A DNA stretch of 58,670 nt, taken from NCBI GenBank assembly GCA_031550095.1, contig JAVBOX010000047.1, positions 1 to 58,670 of the forward strand, in the 5' to 3' direction. The stretch is from Eubacteriales bacterium (GTDB taxonomy: Bacteria > Bacillota > Clostridia > Christensenellales > Aristaeellaceae). Made by a program: the position numbers and the translations under genes. Below the pieces are notes generated by a model that was not told where the DNA came from, searched no databases, and worked only from the letters and a program-made list of their open reading frames with translations. This document shows positions 20,114 to 32,381 of this stretch, in pieces; the first letter of the stretch is position 1; every line of letters starts with the position of its first letter.

Positions 20114-22207
20114 TTATTTTCCCTCGTTGCCGTTTCCATCGCGGATGCCAACGATCTTCTGGGCGATGGCCTTAGGCACATCCTCATAGTGGGAGAACTG
20201 CATAGTAAATACGCCGCGGCCCTGGGTTCTGCTCCGAAGGTCCGTGGAGTAGCCAAACATCTCCGAAAGCGGGATGACGGCGTCCACGACTTGGGAAGCC
20301 GCCCGCATATCCATATGGCTGATGCGTCCGCGCTTGGAGGAAATATCCCCCAGCACATCCCCTACATACTCATCGGGCACGACGATTTCCACGTTCATCA
20401 CCGGCTCCAGCAGCACCGGATTTGCCTTGGCGTTTGCCTCCTTAAAGGCCATGGAGCCTGCGATTTTAAAGGCGATTTCCGAGGAATCCACCTCGTGATA
20501 AGAACCGTCAATGAGCCGTGCGCGGAAATCGACCACCTCATAGCCGCCCAAAGCGCCGCTGAGGCACGCTTCCCGGATACCCGCCTCGATGGCGGGGATA
20601 TACTCCTTGGGTATCACGCCGCCCACAGTGGCATTGACGAACTCAAACCCTTCGCCCGCCTCCCGGGGTTCAATCTCTATGACGGCATGGCCATACATGC
20701 CGTGTCCGCCTGTCTGACGGACATAGCGGCCTTCCGCCTTGACCTTCTGCCTGACAGTCTCCTTATAGGCTACCTGGGGCTTGCCAACGGTGGCCTCCAC
20801 CTTGAATTCACGAAGCAGGCGATCCACGATGATCTCCAAATGGAGCTCGCCCATGCCCGCGATCAGGGTTTGGCCGGTATCCCCGTCCGTGTAGGTCTTG
20901 AATGTGGGGTCCTCTTCCGCCAGGCGCACCAGCGCCATGGTCATCTTGTCCTGGCCAGCCTTTGTCTTTGGCTCAATGGCCACGCGGATCACCGGCTCCG
21001 GGAACTCCATGCTCTCCAAAACCACCGGATTTTTCTCGTCGCAGAGGGTATCCCCGGTGGTGGTGTCCCGAAGGCTGACAACAGCGGCAATATCGCCGGC
21101 ATAGACCATTTCCGTCTCTTCCCGGTGGTTGGCATGCATCATCAGGATGCGGCCCATCCGCTCCCGCTTTTTCTTGGTGGAATTATAGACCGTGTTCCCC
21201 GCCACCAGCGTACCGCTATAAACCCTGAAGAAGCACAGCTTTCCCACAAAGGGATCCGCCATGATTTTAAAGGCCAGGGCGGCGAAGGGGGCCTCGTCAC
21301 TGGACTCCCGTACCACCTCATTTTCCCCATCCGGCGACATGCCTGTAATGGGCGGAACATCCAGCGGGGAGGGCATATAATCAACGACAGCGTCCAGAAG
21401 GGGCTGGACACCCTTGTTCCGGTAGGAGGTGCCGCAGACCACGGGGGTCATCTTCACGGCGATGGTGGCCCGGCGGATCGCGGCCTTAAACTGGGCCTCA
21501 TCCGGCTCCTCGCCGGTCAGGTACAGCTCCATCATCTCGTCATCGACCTCGGCAACCTTTTCCAGCATGATGGCCCTTGCCATTTCGGCGGCCTCCAAAT
21601 GCTCCGGCGGAATGTCCTCCACCCGCTCGTCGCTGCCGTCGTCGTTGTAATAGATGTGGGCCTTCATGCGGATGAGATCGATAATTCCCTTGAAATCGGA
21701 CTCACTGCCTATCGGAAGCTGAATGGGCACGGCGTTTGCCTGGAGCCGGAGATCCAGCATGCCGACGGCCCGCTCAAAATCAGCGCCCATGATGTCCATT
21801 TTGTTGATATAGGCGAGCCGGGGCACGGAATACTTGTTGGCCTGGCGCCAAACGGTCTCGCTCTGGGGCTCCACGCCGCCCTTGGCGCAGAACACAGCCA
21901 CGGCGCCATCCAAAATGCGCAGCGAACGCTCCACCTCGACGGTGAAATCCACGTGGCCGGGGGTGTCGATGATATTGACCCGGTGATCCTTCCAATGGCA
22001 GGTCGTGGCCGCGGAGGTAATGGTGATGCCGCGCTCCTGCTCCTGCTGCATCCAGTCCATGGTGGCCGCGCCTTCATGGACCTCTCCAACGCGATGAACA
22101 CGGCCGGTATAAAACAGGATACGCTCGGTGGTGGTTGTTTTTCCGGCATCGATATGGGCCATGATGCCGATGTTTCGTACAGTCCCAAGTGAATGACTGC
22201 GGGGCAT
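20114..22207 (-). CDS. fusA: Elongation factor G
   Basis: 697 aa from [44 protein letters not shown] upstream of ATG 22207. Confidence 0.97.
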   Translation of the reverse strand: MPRSHSLGTVRNIGIMAHIDAGKTTTTERILFYTGRVHRVGEVHEGAATMDWMQQEQERGITITSAATTCHWKDHRVNIIDTPGHVDFTVEVERSLRILDGAVAVFCAKGGVEPQSETVWRQANKYSVPRLAYINKMDIMGADFERAVGMLDLRLQANAVPIQLPIGSESDFKGIIDLIRMKAHIYYNDDGSDERVEDIPPEHLEAAEMARAIMLEKVAEVDDEMMELYLTGEEPDEAQFKAAIRRATIAVKMTPVVCGTSYRNKGVQPLLDAVVDYMPSPLDVPPITGMSPDGENEVVRESSDEAPFAALAFKIMADPFVGKLCFFRVYSGTLVAGNTVYNSTKKKRERMGRILMMHANHREETEMVYAGDIAAVVSLRDTTTGDTLCDEKNPVVLESMEFPEPVIRVAIEPKTKAGQDKMTMALVRLAEEDPTFKTYTDGDTGQTLIAGMGELHLEIIVDRLLREFKVEATVGKPQVAYKETVRQKVKAEGRYVRQTGGHGMYGHAVIEIEPREAGEGFEFVNATVGGVIPKEYIPAIEAGIREACLSGALGGYEVVDFRARLIDGSYHEVDSSEIAFKIAGSMAFKEANAKANPVLLEPVMNVEIVVPDEYVGDVLGDISSKRGRISHMDMRAASQVVDAVIPLSEMFGYSTDLRSRTQGRGVFTMQFSHYEDVPKAIAQKIVGIRDGNGNEGK

Positions 22208-22307
22208 TTGGTACTCCTTTCCATGGAAGCCATGGGCTTTGGCATGGCAAGCCTTAACACGGAACAAAGAGCGAGCCTACGCTCGCCCTTTGCAAAAAGC
22301 CTAGATT

Positions 22308-22778
22308 TTACCAGCGGTAATGGGCGAACGCCTTGTTCGCTTCAGCCATCCGGTGCATCTCTTCCTTCCGCTTGACAGCGTTTCCGGCGTTGTTGGACGC
22401 GTCTAAAATCTCTCCAGCCAGCCGCTCGCTCATGGTGCGCTCACCACGCCTGCGGGCAAATTCTACCAGCCAGCGAAGCGCCAACGTCTGCCTGCGCTCG
22501 GGGCGAATCTCGATCGGCACTTGATAGGTGGCGCCGCCGACACGGCGGGCCTTTACCTCAAGGGCCGGGAGAATATTGTTCATGGCCGTTTGGAACACCT
22601 CAACGGGCTCCTTGCTGGCCTTGTTTTTGACCATCTCAAAGGCATCGTAGCACACGCGCTGCGCCACACCGCGCTTGCCGTCCAGCATAATCTGGTTGAT
22701 CAGCTTGGTGACGACCGTGGTGCCGTGTACGGGATCCGGCAGCACTTCGCGCTTGGGTATAAATCCACGTCTGGGCAT
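22308..22778 (-). CDS. rpsG: 30S ribosomal protein S7
   Basis: 156 aa, [19 protein letters not shown] ... [20 protein letters not shown]. Confidence 0.97.
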   Translation of the reverse strand: MPRRGFIPKREVLPDPVHGTTVVTKLINQIMLDGKRGVAQRVCYDAFEMVKNKASKEPVEVFQTAMNNILPALEVKARRVGGATYQVPIEIRPERRQTLALRWLVEFARRRGERTMSERLAGEILDASNNAGNAVKRKEEMHRMAEANKAFAHYRW

Positions 22779-23001
22779 AAGCACCCTCCTTGAATTTGCA
22801 GTCGGCCACTTTTCCAAATCCACAAGGGACGGAACGTGGACCGGGTAAAATGCGACTGTCTGCGACCGGTCCTCAAAGGCCAGCACGCCTTCGGCGGACG
22901 AACGGTGAAGCCATCTCGCCGCCGTTCCTAACGGCGAAACGCTCAAGCGTTCCCACGGCGCAAACCGCTTACGAAGCAAAGGCAAAACCCTTGGGTTTTC
23001 G

Positions 23002-23376
23002 TTACTTCTTGGGCTTCTTGGCGCCGTACAGGGAACGGCCTTGGTTGCGCTTGGCAACGCCCGCCGCGTCCAACGCGCCGCGGATGATGTGGTAGCGCAC
23101 ACCAGGCAGGTCACGTACACGGCCGCCGCGAATCAGCACCACGCTGTGCTCCTGCAGGTTATGGCCGATGCCCGGGATATAGCAGGTGCCTTCGATCAAG
23201 TTCGTCAGGCGGACCCTGGCGATCTTGCGCAGCGCGGAATTAGGCTTCTTGGGCGTGGTAGTTTTCACGCTCAAGCATACGCCACGCTTCTGCGGGCACT
23301 TTTGCAGTATCGGCGCAGTCGACTTGTTTTCGACCTTCTCCCTTCCCTTGCGGATCAACTGGTTGATCGTGGGCAT
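23002..23376 (-). CDS. rpsL: 30S ribosomal protein S12
   Basis: 124 aa, [14 protein letters not shown] ... [12 protein letters not shown] ... [17 protein letters not shown]. Confidence 0.97.
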   Translation of the reverse strand: MPTINQLIRKGREKVENKSTAPILQKCPQKRGVCLSVKTTTPKKPNSALRKIARVRLTNLIEGTCYIPGIGHNLQEHSVVLIRGGRVRDLPGVRYHIIRGALDAAGVAKRNQGRSLYGAKKPKK

Positions 23377-23477
23377 GGAAGCACCTCCTTGGAAAACTTG
23401 GGTCCCTGAAAAAACGGCCTCAGGGAACTGGCCTGTATATCCATCCCCACAACCCCTGGGGCAGATACCCATGAAAA

Positions 23478-23702
23478 CTATTTCAGCAGACCGGCCACGC
23501 TGGCTTTTACGTCGATGCCGCAGGCCACGCCCAACTGGGCCATGGTATCCGTCTCCGTGAAGCGCACGCCGCATTTTTCACACGCGTCCATCACAGGGCG
23601 GGTAACAAAGGGATCCGCGTCCCGGGCAATATACACATGTTCCAGAGTGCCCGAAGCGATTGCCCGCAACACCTGCCGTGCCCCGACAATCCGGCGCTTC
23701 AT
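23478..23702 (-). CDS. L7Ae-family ribosome-associated protein (YbxF/RplGB-like)
   Basis: [26 protein letters not shown]... in the conserved position between rpoC and rpsL. Start set at MKRRIVG (AGGAAGG SD). The ORF extends to ATG 23741, but that start lies only a few nt after the predicted -10. Confidence 0.8.
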   Translation of the reverse strand: MKRRIVGARQVLRAIASGTLEHVYIARDADPFVTRPVMDACEKCGVRFTETDTMAQLGVACGIDVKASVAGLLK

Positions 23703-23753
23703 GTCCTTCAAGCCTTCCTGCACGGCAACCCCTCCATTCATGGCAACTGAATA

Positions 23754-23783
23754 ATCATATCATAGCCGCGCAATTTTTGTCAA
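23754..23783 (-). promoter_or_regulatory. Putative sigma-A promoter (TTGACA-18-TATGAT) for L7Ae-rpsL-rpsG-fusA
   Basis: On the - strand: TTGACA (23783..23778), an 18-nt spacer, TATGAT (23759..23754). Confidence 0.5.
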
Positions 23784-23858
23784 GCATCACTGCCCGCCCG
23801 CAAACAGGGCAAAGGCGTTTCCATTTGAGCCCGATTTCATTTGACAAAATCGCACCGC

Positions 23859-24741
23859 TCAATCACCGCGTCCATATTCCGCCAACGGCTCAAATGTCTC
23901 GCCGTTCCAGCGCAATATGCCGTCGTATACCGGATAAGGCCGCATGCCTTTCGTGTTCTCCAAATACCGTTTGGCATCCTCCACCGTTAAAAATCCTCCG
24001 AACCGAACGCATAGACCACACCACGCTCCGGCGCGATGACTAGGCTATCGCCCCGCACAGGAAACCGCGCCTTGTCCCAAATGTTCAGTAGCAGTGCGCT
24101 GGTCTCATACACCCCGTCGGCATGGAGTGTCCAAATGCCTAGATCTGCGTGATCGTCAGGGAATCCCCGAGCACCCGCGCCAGGTTCGCCAGCGCGAGCG
24201 CCGGCAACGCTTCCAGGTCAATGCCAAGTTCCGTTAGCTCGTCCGTTCTCAGCCCGCGAACCGCGGTGGGCAGATCCAGCATATAGACCACAAACAACCC
24301 ATCCACCCACGGCTCATATACGAGTAACTCCTCGGCGTTGCCCACCTCCTCAAGATAGGACGCGGGCTTGATCACCGGCATCACGTTCTCGGCGTTCAGC
24401 CGACCTTCCTGCATATCGCCTGTTACAATATCCAGCACCGGGTCCACAAATTGCGCCAGCATATCGTCCGTCTGATCGGGATCGCGGCGGTATATGTCGC
24501 ATGCGTTTGATGTGCCAAACACCCAGCTCACCTTGGTAGCGGGGTTAAGCACCTCTATCCGCTGTTCGTCGAGCTGCGCAAACTAATAGCCTGGCAACGC
24601 CGCCTACAGCGCCTCGCAAAAGAGCCGTGTGAACGCCGACCGTTCAAGCGGCGCACCGTCTTGCGCCGTGGCGGAAACGGCTAGAAACGTTCCCGCGAAG
24701 AAAACGGCCATCACCAACAGGCCCGCTCCGATCCTGCGCAT
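23859..24741 (-). pseudogene. Disrupted gene for a secreted protein of unknown family (tentatively DUF1444/YtpQ-like)
   Basis: ATG 24741 has a GAAGGAG SD and a signal-peptide-like start (MRRIGAGLLVMAVFFAGTFLAVSA). In-frame TAG stops at 24604..24606, 24583..24585 and 24139..24141. The frame changes near 24140-24155 and again at a T5 run near 23988..23992. The reading only continues (GIWTLHADGVYETSALLLNIWDK..., LTVEDAKRYLENTKGMRPYPVYDG...) in other frames. Confidence 0.7.
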
Positions 24742-24850
24742 CGCTATCGCTCCTTCTTCCAGGCCCTGGGGCGATATCAGCCAATAAAATTATCCTGGCA
24801 ATGGCAACAAACGGCAAACGCGGCAACAACGGCGGCCCCATCGCCCATCA

Positions 24851-27800
24851 TCAGTACGCCTCGTGAATCTCCGTGTTCTTATACCGCTTCATGCCGGTGC
24901 CCGCCGGTATCAGTTTGCCGATGATTACGTTTTCCTTCAGGCCCACCAGGGGATCCGACTTGCCCTTGATGGCGGCCTCGGTGAGCACCCGTGTGGTCTC
25001 CTGGAAGGAGCAGGCGGAGAGGAAGCTCTCCGTGGCCAGGGTGGCCTTGGTGATGCCCAGGAGCACGCGCTTGGCGACAGCGGGGCGAGCGCCCGCCAGG
25101 ATGGTGTCCTCATTCTCTTGCTCAAAGCGGAAGATATCCACCAGTGCGCCGGGAAGGAGCGAAGTGCCGCCCGCATCCTCGATGCGCACCTTGCGCAGCA
25201 TCTGCTTAACGATGACCTCGATATGCTTGTCGGCGATATCCACGCCCTGCTGCCGGTAGACGGTGACGACTTCCCGGAGCAGGTATTCCTGCACGGCTTT
25301 GACGCCCAGGATCCGCAACAGGTCATGGGGATTGATAGCGCCCTCTATGAGTTCCGCCCCCGCCAGGACATGATCCCCGTCCTGAATCTTCAGGCGGCTA
25401 CCGTAGTTGATGGGATAGGTCTTGACTTCGCCATCCTCGCCGGTGATGACGATTTCTCGCTTTTTCTTGCTCTCCCCAAGGTGAACAACGCCGTTGATCT
25501 CCGATAGGGTCGCGTCGCGCTTGGGCTTTCTGGCCTCAAAGAGCTCCTCGACACGGGGCAGGCCCTGCGTGATGTCCTCATCCAAGGCAACGCCGCCCGT
25601 ATGGAATGTCCGCATGGTCAGCTGTGTGCCCGGCTCGCCGATGGACTGGGCCGCGATAACGCCAACCGCCTCGCCCACATCCACCAGGTCACCGGTGGCC
25701 AAATTAGCCCCGTAGCACCTGGCGCAGACGCCGGTCTCGTTGCGGCAAGTAAGCACGGAACGGATGGTGACGCTCTCAATGGAGGACGCGCCGATACGAT
25801 CCGCCGCCTCGTGGCCGATGATTTCGTTTTCGTGAACGATAACTTCGCCGGTGTCCGGATCCACGATGTTCTCCACCGCGAAACGGCCCAGGATTCTGTC
25901 CTCGATCTTCTCGATCTCTTCCTCCCCGGGTTTGGCGCGGCTGACGACAATGCCGCGTATGGGCTCATGCCGCGTATCGAAACAGTCGATCTCCCGAACG
26001 ATCAGCTCCTGGGCTACCTCCACCAACCGGCGGGTCAAATAGCCCGAGTCGGCCGTCCGAAGGGCTGTATCGGCCAGGGACTTCCGGGAGCCGTGGGTGG
26101 ATTGGAAGAACTCAAGAACAGTCAGGCCTTCCTTGAAGTTGGCCCGAATGGGCAGCTCAATAACCTTTCCGGAAGGAGAGGCCATCAGGCCGCGCATGCC
26201 TGCCAGCTGGGATACCTGGCTGATGGAACCGCGAGCCGCGGAATCCGTCATCATCCGAACCGGGTTGAATTCCGAAAGGCCCGGCAGGATCATGGCCCGA
26301 AGCTCGTTGGTGGTGTTCTGCCAAATCTCCGTGACCTTTTTATAGCGCTCGTCGTCGGAGAGAAGGCCGTCCCGGTAGGCCTGCTGAATGATGTTGACCT
26401 TCTTGTCCGCGTCCGCCAGCATGTCTTTCTTTTGCGGCGGCACCACGATGTCCGACACGGAGACCGTAACGGCGCCACGGGTGGAATAAGTAAAGCCCAG
26501 CCGCTTGACGTTATCCAGCACCTCGGCGGTGCGGGTCACGCCGTGGGTACGGTAGCACATATCCACGATCTTGCCCAGCATCTTCTTGGCGACCTTTTCA
26601 TCGATTTCCAAGGCAAAGGCCTGTTCCAGGGTGCCACGGGGCTTAAAGCCGATATCCTGGGGAATCGCCTCGTTAAACAGCAGGCGCCCCAGGGTGGTAT
26701 CGATAACCCGGGTATGGGTTTCCCCCTCAAACACCCGGCTCACGCGAACGCGAATCTTGGCCTGGAGCTCCAGCTCACGGGTCTGATACGCCATAATCGC
26801 CTCATCCATGGAGCAGAAGGTTTTGCCCTCGCCCTTCGCCCCGGGCTTGGCGACGGTCAGGTAATAACACCCGATAACCATATCCTGGGTAGGGCTGACC
26901 ACGGGCTTGCCGTCCTGGGGCTTCAGGATGTTGTTGGCCGCCAGCATCAGGAACCGGGCTTCCGCCTGGGCCTCCATGGAGAGCGGCACGTGAACCGCCA
27001 TTTGGTCCCCGTCAAAGTCCGCGTTATAGGCGGTGCAGACCAGGGGATGGATTTTTAGGGCTTTGCCCTCCACAAGCACGGGCTCAAACGCCTGAATGCC
27101 CAGCCTATGCAGCGTGGGGGCCCGGTTGAGCAGCACCGGATGCTCCCGGATGACGCCTTCCAAGATGTCCCACACCTCGGGCTTCACCCGCTCCACCATG
27201 CGCTTGGCGCTCTTGACATTATGGGCAAACCCGCCAGCCACGAGCTTTTCCATGACAAAGGGCTTGAATAGCTCAATGGCCATTTCCTTTGGCAGACCGC
27301 ACTGATATAGCTTCAATTCCGGCCCCACCACGATGACCGAGCGGCCCGAGTAATCCACCCGCTTACCCAGCAGGTTCTGGCGGAAGCGGCCCTGCTTTCC
27401 CCTGAGCAGATCCGAAAGGGATTTGAGGGGGCGGTTGCCAGGCCCTGTGACTGCGCGACCCCGGCGGCCATTATCGATCAGCGCGTCCACCGCTTCCTGC
27501 AGCATGCGCTTTTCGTTGCGGACGATGATATCCGGTGCGCCAAGCTCCAGTAGGCGCTTGAGGCGGTTGTTGCGGTTGATGACCCGGCGGTACAGGTCGT
27601 TCAGGTCGCTTGTGGCGAACCGGCCGCCATCGAGCTGCACCATGGGCCGCAGATCCGGCGGAATGACCGGCACCACTTCCAGGATCATCCATTCGGGACG
27701 ATTGCCGCTGGAGCGGAACGCTTCAACGACTTCCAGGCGCTTCACCGCCCGAGCCCGCTTCTGGCCTTCGCTTTCCCGGCCCCGCTCCTTTTGAACCAAT

Positions 27801-28396
27801 TCGTCAATCTCCGACCGAAGCTTTCCGGCCAGATCATCCAAATCCAGGCTTTCCAGCATTTCCTTGACGGCTTCGGCGCCCATTCCGGCCTTGAAGCTGC
27901 CTTCGCCGTACTTTGCCACACATTCCCGGTATTTCTGATCGCTGATCAGGTCATACTTTTTCAGCTCCCGCACCTCACCCGGATCCAGCACGATGAAGGA
28001 GGCAAAATAGAGCACCTTCTCCAGGGACCGGGGGGATACGTCCAGCAGCATGCCCATTCGGGAGGGAATGCCCTTAAAATACCAGATATGGCTCACGGGG
28101 GCGGCCAGCTTGATATGGCCCATCCGCTCCCGGCGAACCTTGGCCCGAGTGACCTCCACGCCGCATTTATCGCAGATGACACCCTTATACCGAACCCTTT
28201 TATACTTGCCGCAGTTGCACTCCCAGTCCTTTTGCGGCCCAAAGATCCGCTCGCAGAATAGGCCATCCTTTTCGGGCTTGAGGGTACGGTAGTTGATGGT
28301 CTCCGGCTTGGAGACCTCGCCCCGGGACCAGGAAAGGATCTTTTCGGGGGACGCCATGCCAATTTGAATGGAATCAAGGTTTGTCAGCTCAAACAA
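24851..28396 (-). CDS. rpoC: DNA-directed RNA polymerase beta-prime subunit
   Basis: 1181 aa with NADFDGDQM catalytic motif and [23 protein letters not shown] zinc finger. Confidence 0.98.
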   Translation of the reverse strand: MFELTNLDSIQIGMASPEKILSWSRGEVSKPETINYRTLKPEKDGLFCERIFGPQKDWECNCGKYKRVRYKGVICDKCGVEVTRAKVRRERMGHIKLAAPVSHIWYFKGIPSRMGMLLDVSPRSLEKVLYFASFIVLDPGEVRELKKYDLISDQKYRECVAKYGEGSFKAGMGAEAVKEMLESLDLDDLAGKLRSEIDELVQKERGRESEGQKRARAVKRLEVVEAFRSSGNRPEWMILEVVPVIPPDLRPMVQLDGGRFATSDLNDLYRRVINRNNRLKRLLELGAPDIIVRNEKRMLQEAVDALIDNGRRGRAVTGPGNRPLKSLSDLLRGKQGRFRQNLLGKRVDYSGRSVIVVGPELKLYQCGLPKEMAIELFKPFVMEKLVAGGFAHNVKSAKRMVERVKPEVWDILEGVIREHPVLLNRAPTLHRLGIQAFEPVLVEGKALKIHPLVCTAYNADFDGDQMAVHVPLSMEAQAEARFLMLAANNILKPQDGKPVVSPTQDMVIGCYYLTVAKPGAKGEGKTFCSMDEAIMAYQTRELELQAKIRVRVSRVFEGETHTRVIDTTLGRLLFNEAIPQDIGFKPRGTLEQAFALEIDEKVAKKMLGKIVDMCYRTHGVTRTAEVLDNVKRLGFTYSTRGAVTVSVSDIVVPPQKKDMLADADKKVNIIQQAYRDGLLSDDERYKKVTEIWQNTTNELRAMILPGLSEFNPVRMMTDSAARGSISQVSQLAGMRGLMASPSGKVIELPIRANFKEGLTVLEFFQSTHGSRKSLADTALRTADSGYLTRRLVEVAQELIVREIDCFDTRHEPIRGIVVSRAKPGEEEIEKIEDRILGRFAVENIVDPDTGEVIVHENEIIGHEAADRIGASSIESVTIRSVLTCRNETGVCARCYGANLATGDLVDVGEAVGVIAAQSIGEPGTQLTMRTFHTGGVALDEDITQGLPRVEELFEARKPKRDATLSEINGVVHLGESKKKREIVITGEDGEVKTYPINYGSRLKIQDGDHVLAGAELIEGAINPHDLLRILGVKAVQEYLLREVVTVYRQQGVDIADKHIEVIVKQMLRKVRIEDAGGTSLLPGALVDIFRFEQENEDTILAGARPAVAKRVLLGITKATLATESFLSACSFQETTRVLTEAAIKGKSDPLVGLKENVIIGKLIPAGTGMKRYKNTEIHEAY

Positions 28397-28413
28397 TGTC
28401 TACTTCCTCCCCC

Positions 28414-31400
28414 TTAGAAGTCGTCGTCCAGATTAATGTCCTCAAGATCCGGCACATCGTCGACTTCAAAGTCGTCCAGATCGTCTATCTCAATTTCTTC
28501 ATCCAAGCCGGGCGCCGGCAGCAGAGAGGCGTTGGCCAGCTCTTCGGCCTCCATGCCAAGCTCCGTCTCCTCGTCGTCCGCCTCGCGGATGATGATCTCC
28601 CGCTTGTCCTCGGCCAGCACCTTGATATCCAGGGCCAGGGATTGGAGCTCCTTGATCAACACCTTAAAACTCTCGGGCACGCCGGGCTCGGGAATGTTCT
28701 TTCCCTTGACAATGGCTTCATAGGTCTTTACGCGGCCCACCACGTCGTCCGACTTGACGGTGAGAATCTCCTGGAGGGTGTTGGCGGCGCCATACGCCTC
28801 CAAGGCCCAGACCTCCATCTCTCCAAAGCGCTGGCCGCCAAACTGGGCCTTGCCGCCCAACGGCTGCTGCGTCACCAGGGAGTAAGGGCCTGTGGAACGG
28901 GCATGAATTTTATCATCTACCAAGTGGGACAGCTTCATGATGTACATGTAGCCCACCGTAACCTCGTGTTCGAAGGGGTCACCGGTGCGGCCATCAAAAA
29001 GGGTGGTTTTTCCCGTCTCACTCAGGCCGGCCAGCTTTAAGCAGTCCACGATTTCAGCCTCGCTGGCCCCATCAAACACCGGCGTGGCGATATGCCAGCC
29101 AAGGGCTTTGGCCGCAAGGCCCAGATGAACCTCCAGCACCTGGCCGATGTTCATACGGCTTGGTACGCCCAGGGGGTTCAGCACGATCTCCAGGGGAGTG
29201 CCGTCGGGCAGGAACGGCATGTCCTCCTCCCGCATGATCCGGGAGATAACGCCCTTGTTGCCGTGGCGTCCCGCCATCTTGTCGCCGACGGAAATTTTGC
29301 GCTTCTGGGCGATGTAAACCCGCACCATTTCGTTGACGCCGGGGGACAGCTCATCCCTCCGCTCCCGGGTGAATACCTTTACGTCCACCACAATGCCGCC
29401 CTCGCCGTGAGGAACCTTCAGCGATGTATCCCGTACCTCCCGGGCCTTCTCGCCGAAAATGGCGCGGAGCAGCCGTTCTTCGGCGGTAAGCTCGGTTTCG
29501 CCCTTTGGGGTTACCTTGCCCACCAGGATATCCCCGGCGCGAACTTCCGCGCCAATGCGGACAACGCCGCTTTCATCCAAGTCCTTCAGGGCGTCGTCGC
29601 CAACGTTGGGAATGTCCCGGGTAATTTCCTCCGGCCCCAGTTTGGTATCCCGGGCCTCGGACTCATATTCCTCGATGTGGATGGAGGTATACACGTCATC
29701 CTTCACCAGCTTTTCGCTGATGAGAATGGCGTCCTCGTAGTTGTAGCCTTCCCAGGTCATGAACCCCATCAGGATGTTCCGGCCCAGGCCGATCTCTCCC
29801 TTTTCCGTGGAAGGGCCGTCGGCGATGACCTGTCCCTTCTCCACACGGTCCCCGGCGTTGACGATGGGGCGCTGGTTGATGCAGGTGCCCTGGTTGGAGC
29901 GGGCGAACTTCCGGAGGTTATACAGCTGGGTCCGGTTGTTGTCGGACCGAATCTGGATCTCCCGGGCGCTGACCTTTTCAACAACGCCAGCTTCCTTGGC
30001 CAAAATAACCACGCCGGAGTCCCGGGCCGTCTTATATTCCATTCCTGTGCCCACAATGGGCGCCTGGGGCACCAAAAGGGGAACCGCCTGGCGCTGCATG
30101 TTGGAGCCCATCAGGGCCCGGTTGGCGTCGTCATTTTCAAGGAAGGGAATCATAGCCGTCGCCACGGATACCACCTGCTTTGGGGAAACATCGATATAGT
30201 CCACCTTTTCCCGGGCCACCTCAGTGATATCCTCTACGATGCGGACCGTTACCCGCTGGTTGATGAAATGTCCATCCGCGTCAATGGGCTCGTTGGCCTG
30301 AGCAATGACGTACTTGTCCTCCTCATCCGCCGTCAGGTAGACGATCTCGTCCGTCACCTGATGGGTGTCCGGATTCACATACCGGTAAGGCGCCTCGATA
30401 AAGCCATATTCATTGATGCGGGCATAGGTGGCCAGCGAGCCGATGAGGCCGATGTTGGGACCTTCAGGGGTCTCAATGGGGCAAATGCGGGAATAGTGGG
30501 AGTAGTGAACGTCCCGGACGTCGAAGGAAGCGCGGTCCCGGTTCAGGCCGCCGGGGCCAAGGGCCGAAAGACGGCGCTTGTGGGTCAGCTCAGCCAATGG
30601 GTTGGGCTGATCCATAAACTGGGACAGCTGGGAGGAGCCAAAGAACTCCTTGATCGCCGCCGATACGGGGCGGATGTTGATCAATTCCTGGGGGCGCACG
30701 TCGTTGGCGTCCTGGATGGCCATGCGCTCCTTGACCACCCGCTCCAGCCGGGAAAGGCCGATGCGGATCTGATTTTGAAGCAGCTCGCCCACGGAGCGGA
30801 GGCGCCGGTTGCCCAAGTGGTCGATGTCATCGATGGTGCCGACGCCATAGGGCAGGCCGATCATATAGGAAATGGACGAAACGATATCGTCAATGAGGAT
30901 ATGCTTGGGAATCAGATGGGAGAGATTCTCCCGGAGGGCTTGGGGCAAACTCGCCTCGTCCACCTGCTCCAGAATCTCCCGGAGGGTGGGCAGATGTACA
31001 GACTCGTTGATGCCCACGGTGGCAGGATCAAAGGGTAGCCAGGCGGCGGCATCCACGAAGTTGTTGCCGATGACCTTGATCTCCCGCCCGTCGATCTCCA
31101 GCCGGACCATCTGAACGCCCGCGTTCTGGATGGCGACCGCCGCGTCGGGGAAAATGGTTTTGCCCGCCGCCACCAGCAGCTCGCCTGTTTCCGGGTGGAA
31201 AACATCGCCCGCCGCGTGGAACCCGGCGATACGGGTGGCCATGGAGAGCTTTTTATTGAATTTATAGCGCCCAACGCGCATGAGGTCATAGCGCTTGGGG
31301 TCAAAGAAAAGGGAGCGCAGCAGAGAGCTTGCGGAATCCACCGTGGGGGGCTCGCCGGGGCGGAGCCTTCTGTAGATCTCCAGAAGGCCATCCTCCCGGG

Positions 31401-32091
31401 ACTTGGCGTCGTCCCGCTCAATGGTGGCGCTCAGGCGCTCGTCCTCGCCCAAGAGCTGAATCACCTCGGCATCGGTGCCATAGCCAAGGGCCCGGAGCAG
31501 CACGGTGATGGGCAGCTTCCGGGCACGGTCAATACGCACCCACATGACATCGTTGGAATCGGTCTCGTATTCAAGCCAAGCTCCCCGGTTGGGGATGATG
31601 GTGGCGGAATGAAGCAATTTGCCGGCCTTATCCCTGGCGGCGTCAAAATACACGCCAGGGGAACGGACAAGCTGGCTGACGATGACGCGCTCAGCGCCGT
31701 TGATGATGAACGTTCCGTTTTCGGTCATCAGGGGGAAGTCCCCCATGAAAACGTCGCTCTCCTTGATTTCTCCGGTTTCCTTGTTCTTCAGGCGAACGAA
31801 CACCTTCAGGGAAGCCGCAAAGGTCATATCGCGTTCCTTGCACTTTTCGACGGAATTCTTCGGCTCGTCATCCAAAGAATAATCAACGAATTCCAGAACA
31901 AGGTTTTCGCTGTAGTCGGTAATCGGCGACACATCGTTGAGGACCTCCCGGAGGTCTTCCTCTAGAAAGCGCCTGTAAGAGTTTTTCTGCACCTCGATCA
32001 AATCCGGCATGTCCAGCACCTCATCGATTTGCGAAAAGCTCATCCGCTTCCTGAACCGACCCATTTGCACCTCATGCACCACTGCTTCCAT
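28414..32091 (-). CDS. rpoB: DNA-directed RNA polymerase beta subunit
   Basis: The translation contains [24 protein letters not shown] and [13 protein letters not shown]. The start is ambiguous: ATG 32091, 32064 or 32127. Confidence 0.97.
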   Translation of the reverse strand: MEAVVHEVQMGRFRKRMSFSQIDEVLDMPDLIEVQKNSYRRFLEEDLREVLNDVSPITDYSENLVLEFVDYSLDDEPKNSVEKCKERDMTFAASLKVFVRLKNKETGEIKESDVFMGDFPLMTENGTFIINGAERVIVSQLVRSPGVYFDAARDKAGKLLHSATIIPNRGAWLEYETDSNDVMWVRIDRARKLPITVLLRALGYGTDAEVIQLLGEDERLSATIERDDAKSREDGLLEIYRRLRPGEPPTVDSASSLLRSLFFDPKRYDLMRVGRYKFNKKLSMATRIAGFHAAGDVFHPETGELLVAAGKTIFPDAAVAIQNAGVQMVRLEIDGREIKVIGNNFVDAAAWLPFDPATVGINESVHLPTLREILEQVDEASLPQALRENLSHLIPKHILIDDIVSSISYMIGLPYGVGTIDDIDHLGNRRLRSVGELLQNQIRIGLSRLERVVKERMAIQDANDVRPQELINIRPVSAAIKEFFGSSQLSQFMDQPNPLAELTHKRRLSALGPGGLNRDRASFDVRDVHYSHYSRICPIETPEGPNIGLIGSLATYARINEYGFIEAPYRYVNPDTHQVTDEIVYLTADEEDKYVIAQANEPIDADGHFINQRVTVRIVEDITEVAREKVDYIDVSPKQVVSVATAMIPFLENDDANRALMGSNMQRQAVPLLVPQAPIVGTGMEYKTARDSGVVILAKEAGVVEKVSAREIQIRSDNNRTQLYNLRKFARSNQGTCINQRPIVNAGDRVEKGQVIADGPSTEKGEIGLGRNILMGFMTWEGYNYEDAILISEKLVKDDVYTSIHIEEYESEARDTKLGPEEITRDIPNVGDDALKDLDESGVVRIGAEVRAGDILVGKVTPKGETELTAEERLLRAIFGEKAREVRDTSLKVPHGEGGIVVDVKVFTRERRDELSPGVNEMVRVYIAQKRKISVGDKMAGRHGNKGVISRIMREEDMPFLPDGTPLEIVLNPLGVPSRMNIGQVLEVHLGLAAKALGWHIATPVFDGASEAEIVDCLKLAGLSETGKTTLFDGRTGDPFEHEVTVGYMYIMKLSHLVDDKIHARSTGPYSLVTQQPLGGKAQFGGQRFGEMEVWALEAYGAANTLQEILTVKSDDVVGRVKTYEAIVKGKNIPEPGVPESFKVLIKELQSLALDIKVLAEDKREIIIREADDEETELGMEAEELANASLLPAPGLDEEIEIDDLDDFEVDDVPDLEDINLDDDF

Positions 32092-32198
32092 CACCCCACA
32101 TTCCAACAATTCGCCGCAGCACAACACTCACGCACGCATCATAGGCCCGTCGATTTTTTGCCGAATCTCGGGCGAAGACGATACTGATGCAATATAGC

Positions 32199-32227
32199 AG
32201 TATACCTCAACTATGCAACATTGTCAA
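32199..32227 (-). promoter_or_regulatory. Putative sigma-A promoter (TTGACA-17-TATACT) for rpoBC
   Basis: On the - strand: TTGACA (32227..32222), a 17-nt spacer, TATACT (32204..32199). Confidence 0.5.
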
Positions 32228-32279
32228 TGCCTACCATTAAATTTAAGAGAATTTTCCGGGATTGACAAATTCGCCTCAA

Positions 32280-32307
32280 GGGGAATGGCGTTTTCGCGCC
32301 ATTCCCC
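32280..32307 (-). terminator. Perfect 11-bp stem-loop downstream of spoIID (terminator candidate with a weak U-tract)
   Basis: GGGGAATGGCG-TTTTCG-CGCCATTCCCC. Confidence 0.4.
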
Positions 32308-32381
32308 AAAATGTTCCCCTTACCGGGATGCCTACTACCATATGTGGTACACGGCAAAGCATATATCCTTCTTGTTTCCGG

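Noticed and set aside
20099-22192. A 697-aa + strand ORF lies opposite fusA. Similar long antisense ORFs lie opposite rpoB (29092..31038), rpoC (25601..27058), gcvPB/PA (13415..15141), gcvT (15612..16568) and the FAD protein (52768..54207).
   Set aside because: These are shadow ORFs typical of GC-rich DNA. Their translations are Gly/His/Arg/Leu-rich with no recognisable motifs, while the opposite strand encodes unmistakable conserved proteins.
24139-24606. All three in-frame stops of the disrupted gene are TAG, which suggested amber recoding (pyrrolysine or suppressor read-through).
   Set aside because: The gene also needs at least two frameshifts to be read through. No pyl genes or PYLIS-like context are visible, and other genes in the window (for example 50619..51197) use TAG as an ordinary stop. 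Simple gene decay explains it better.
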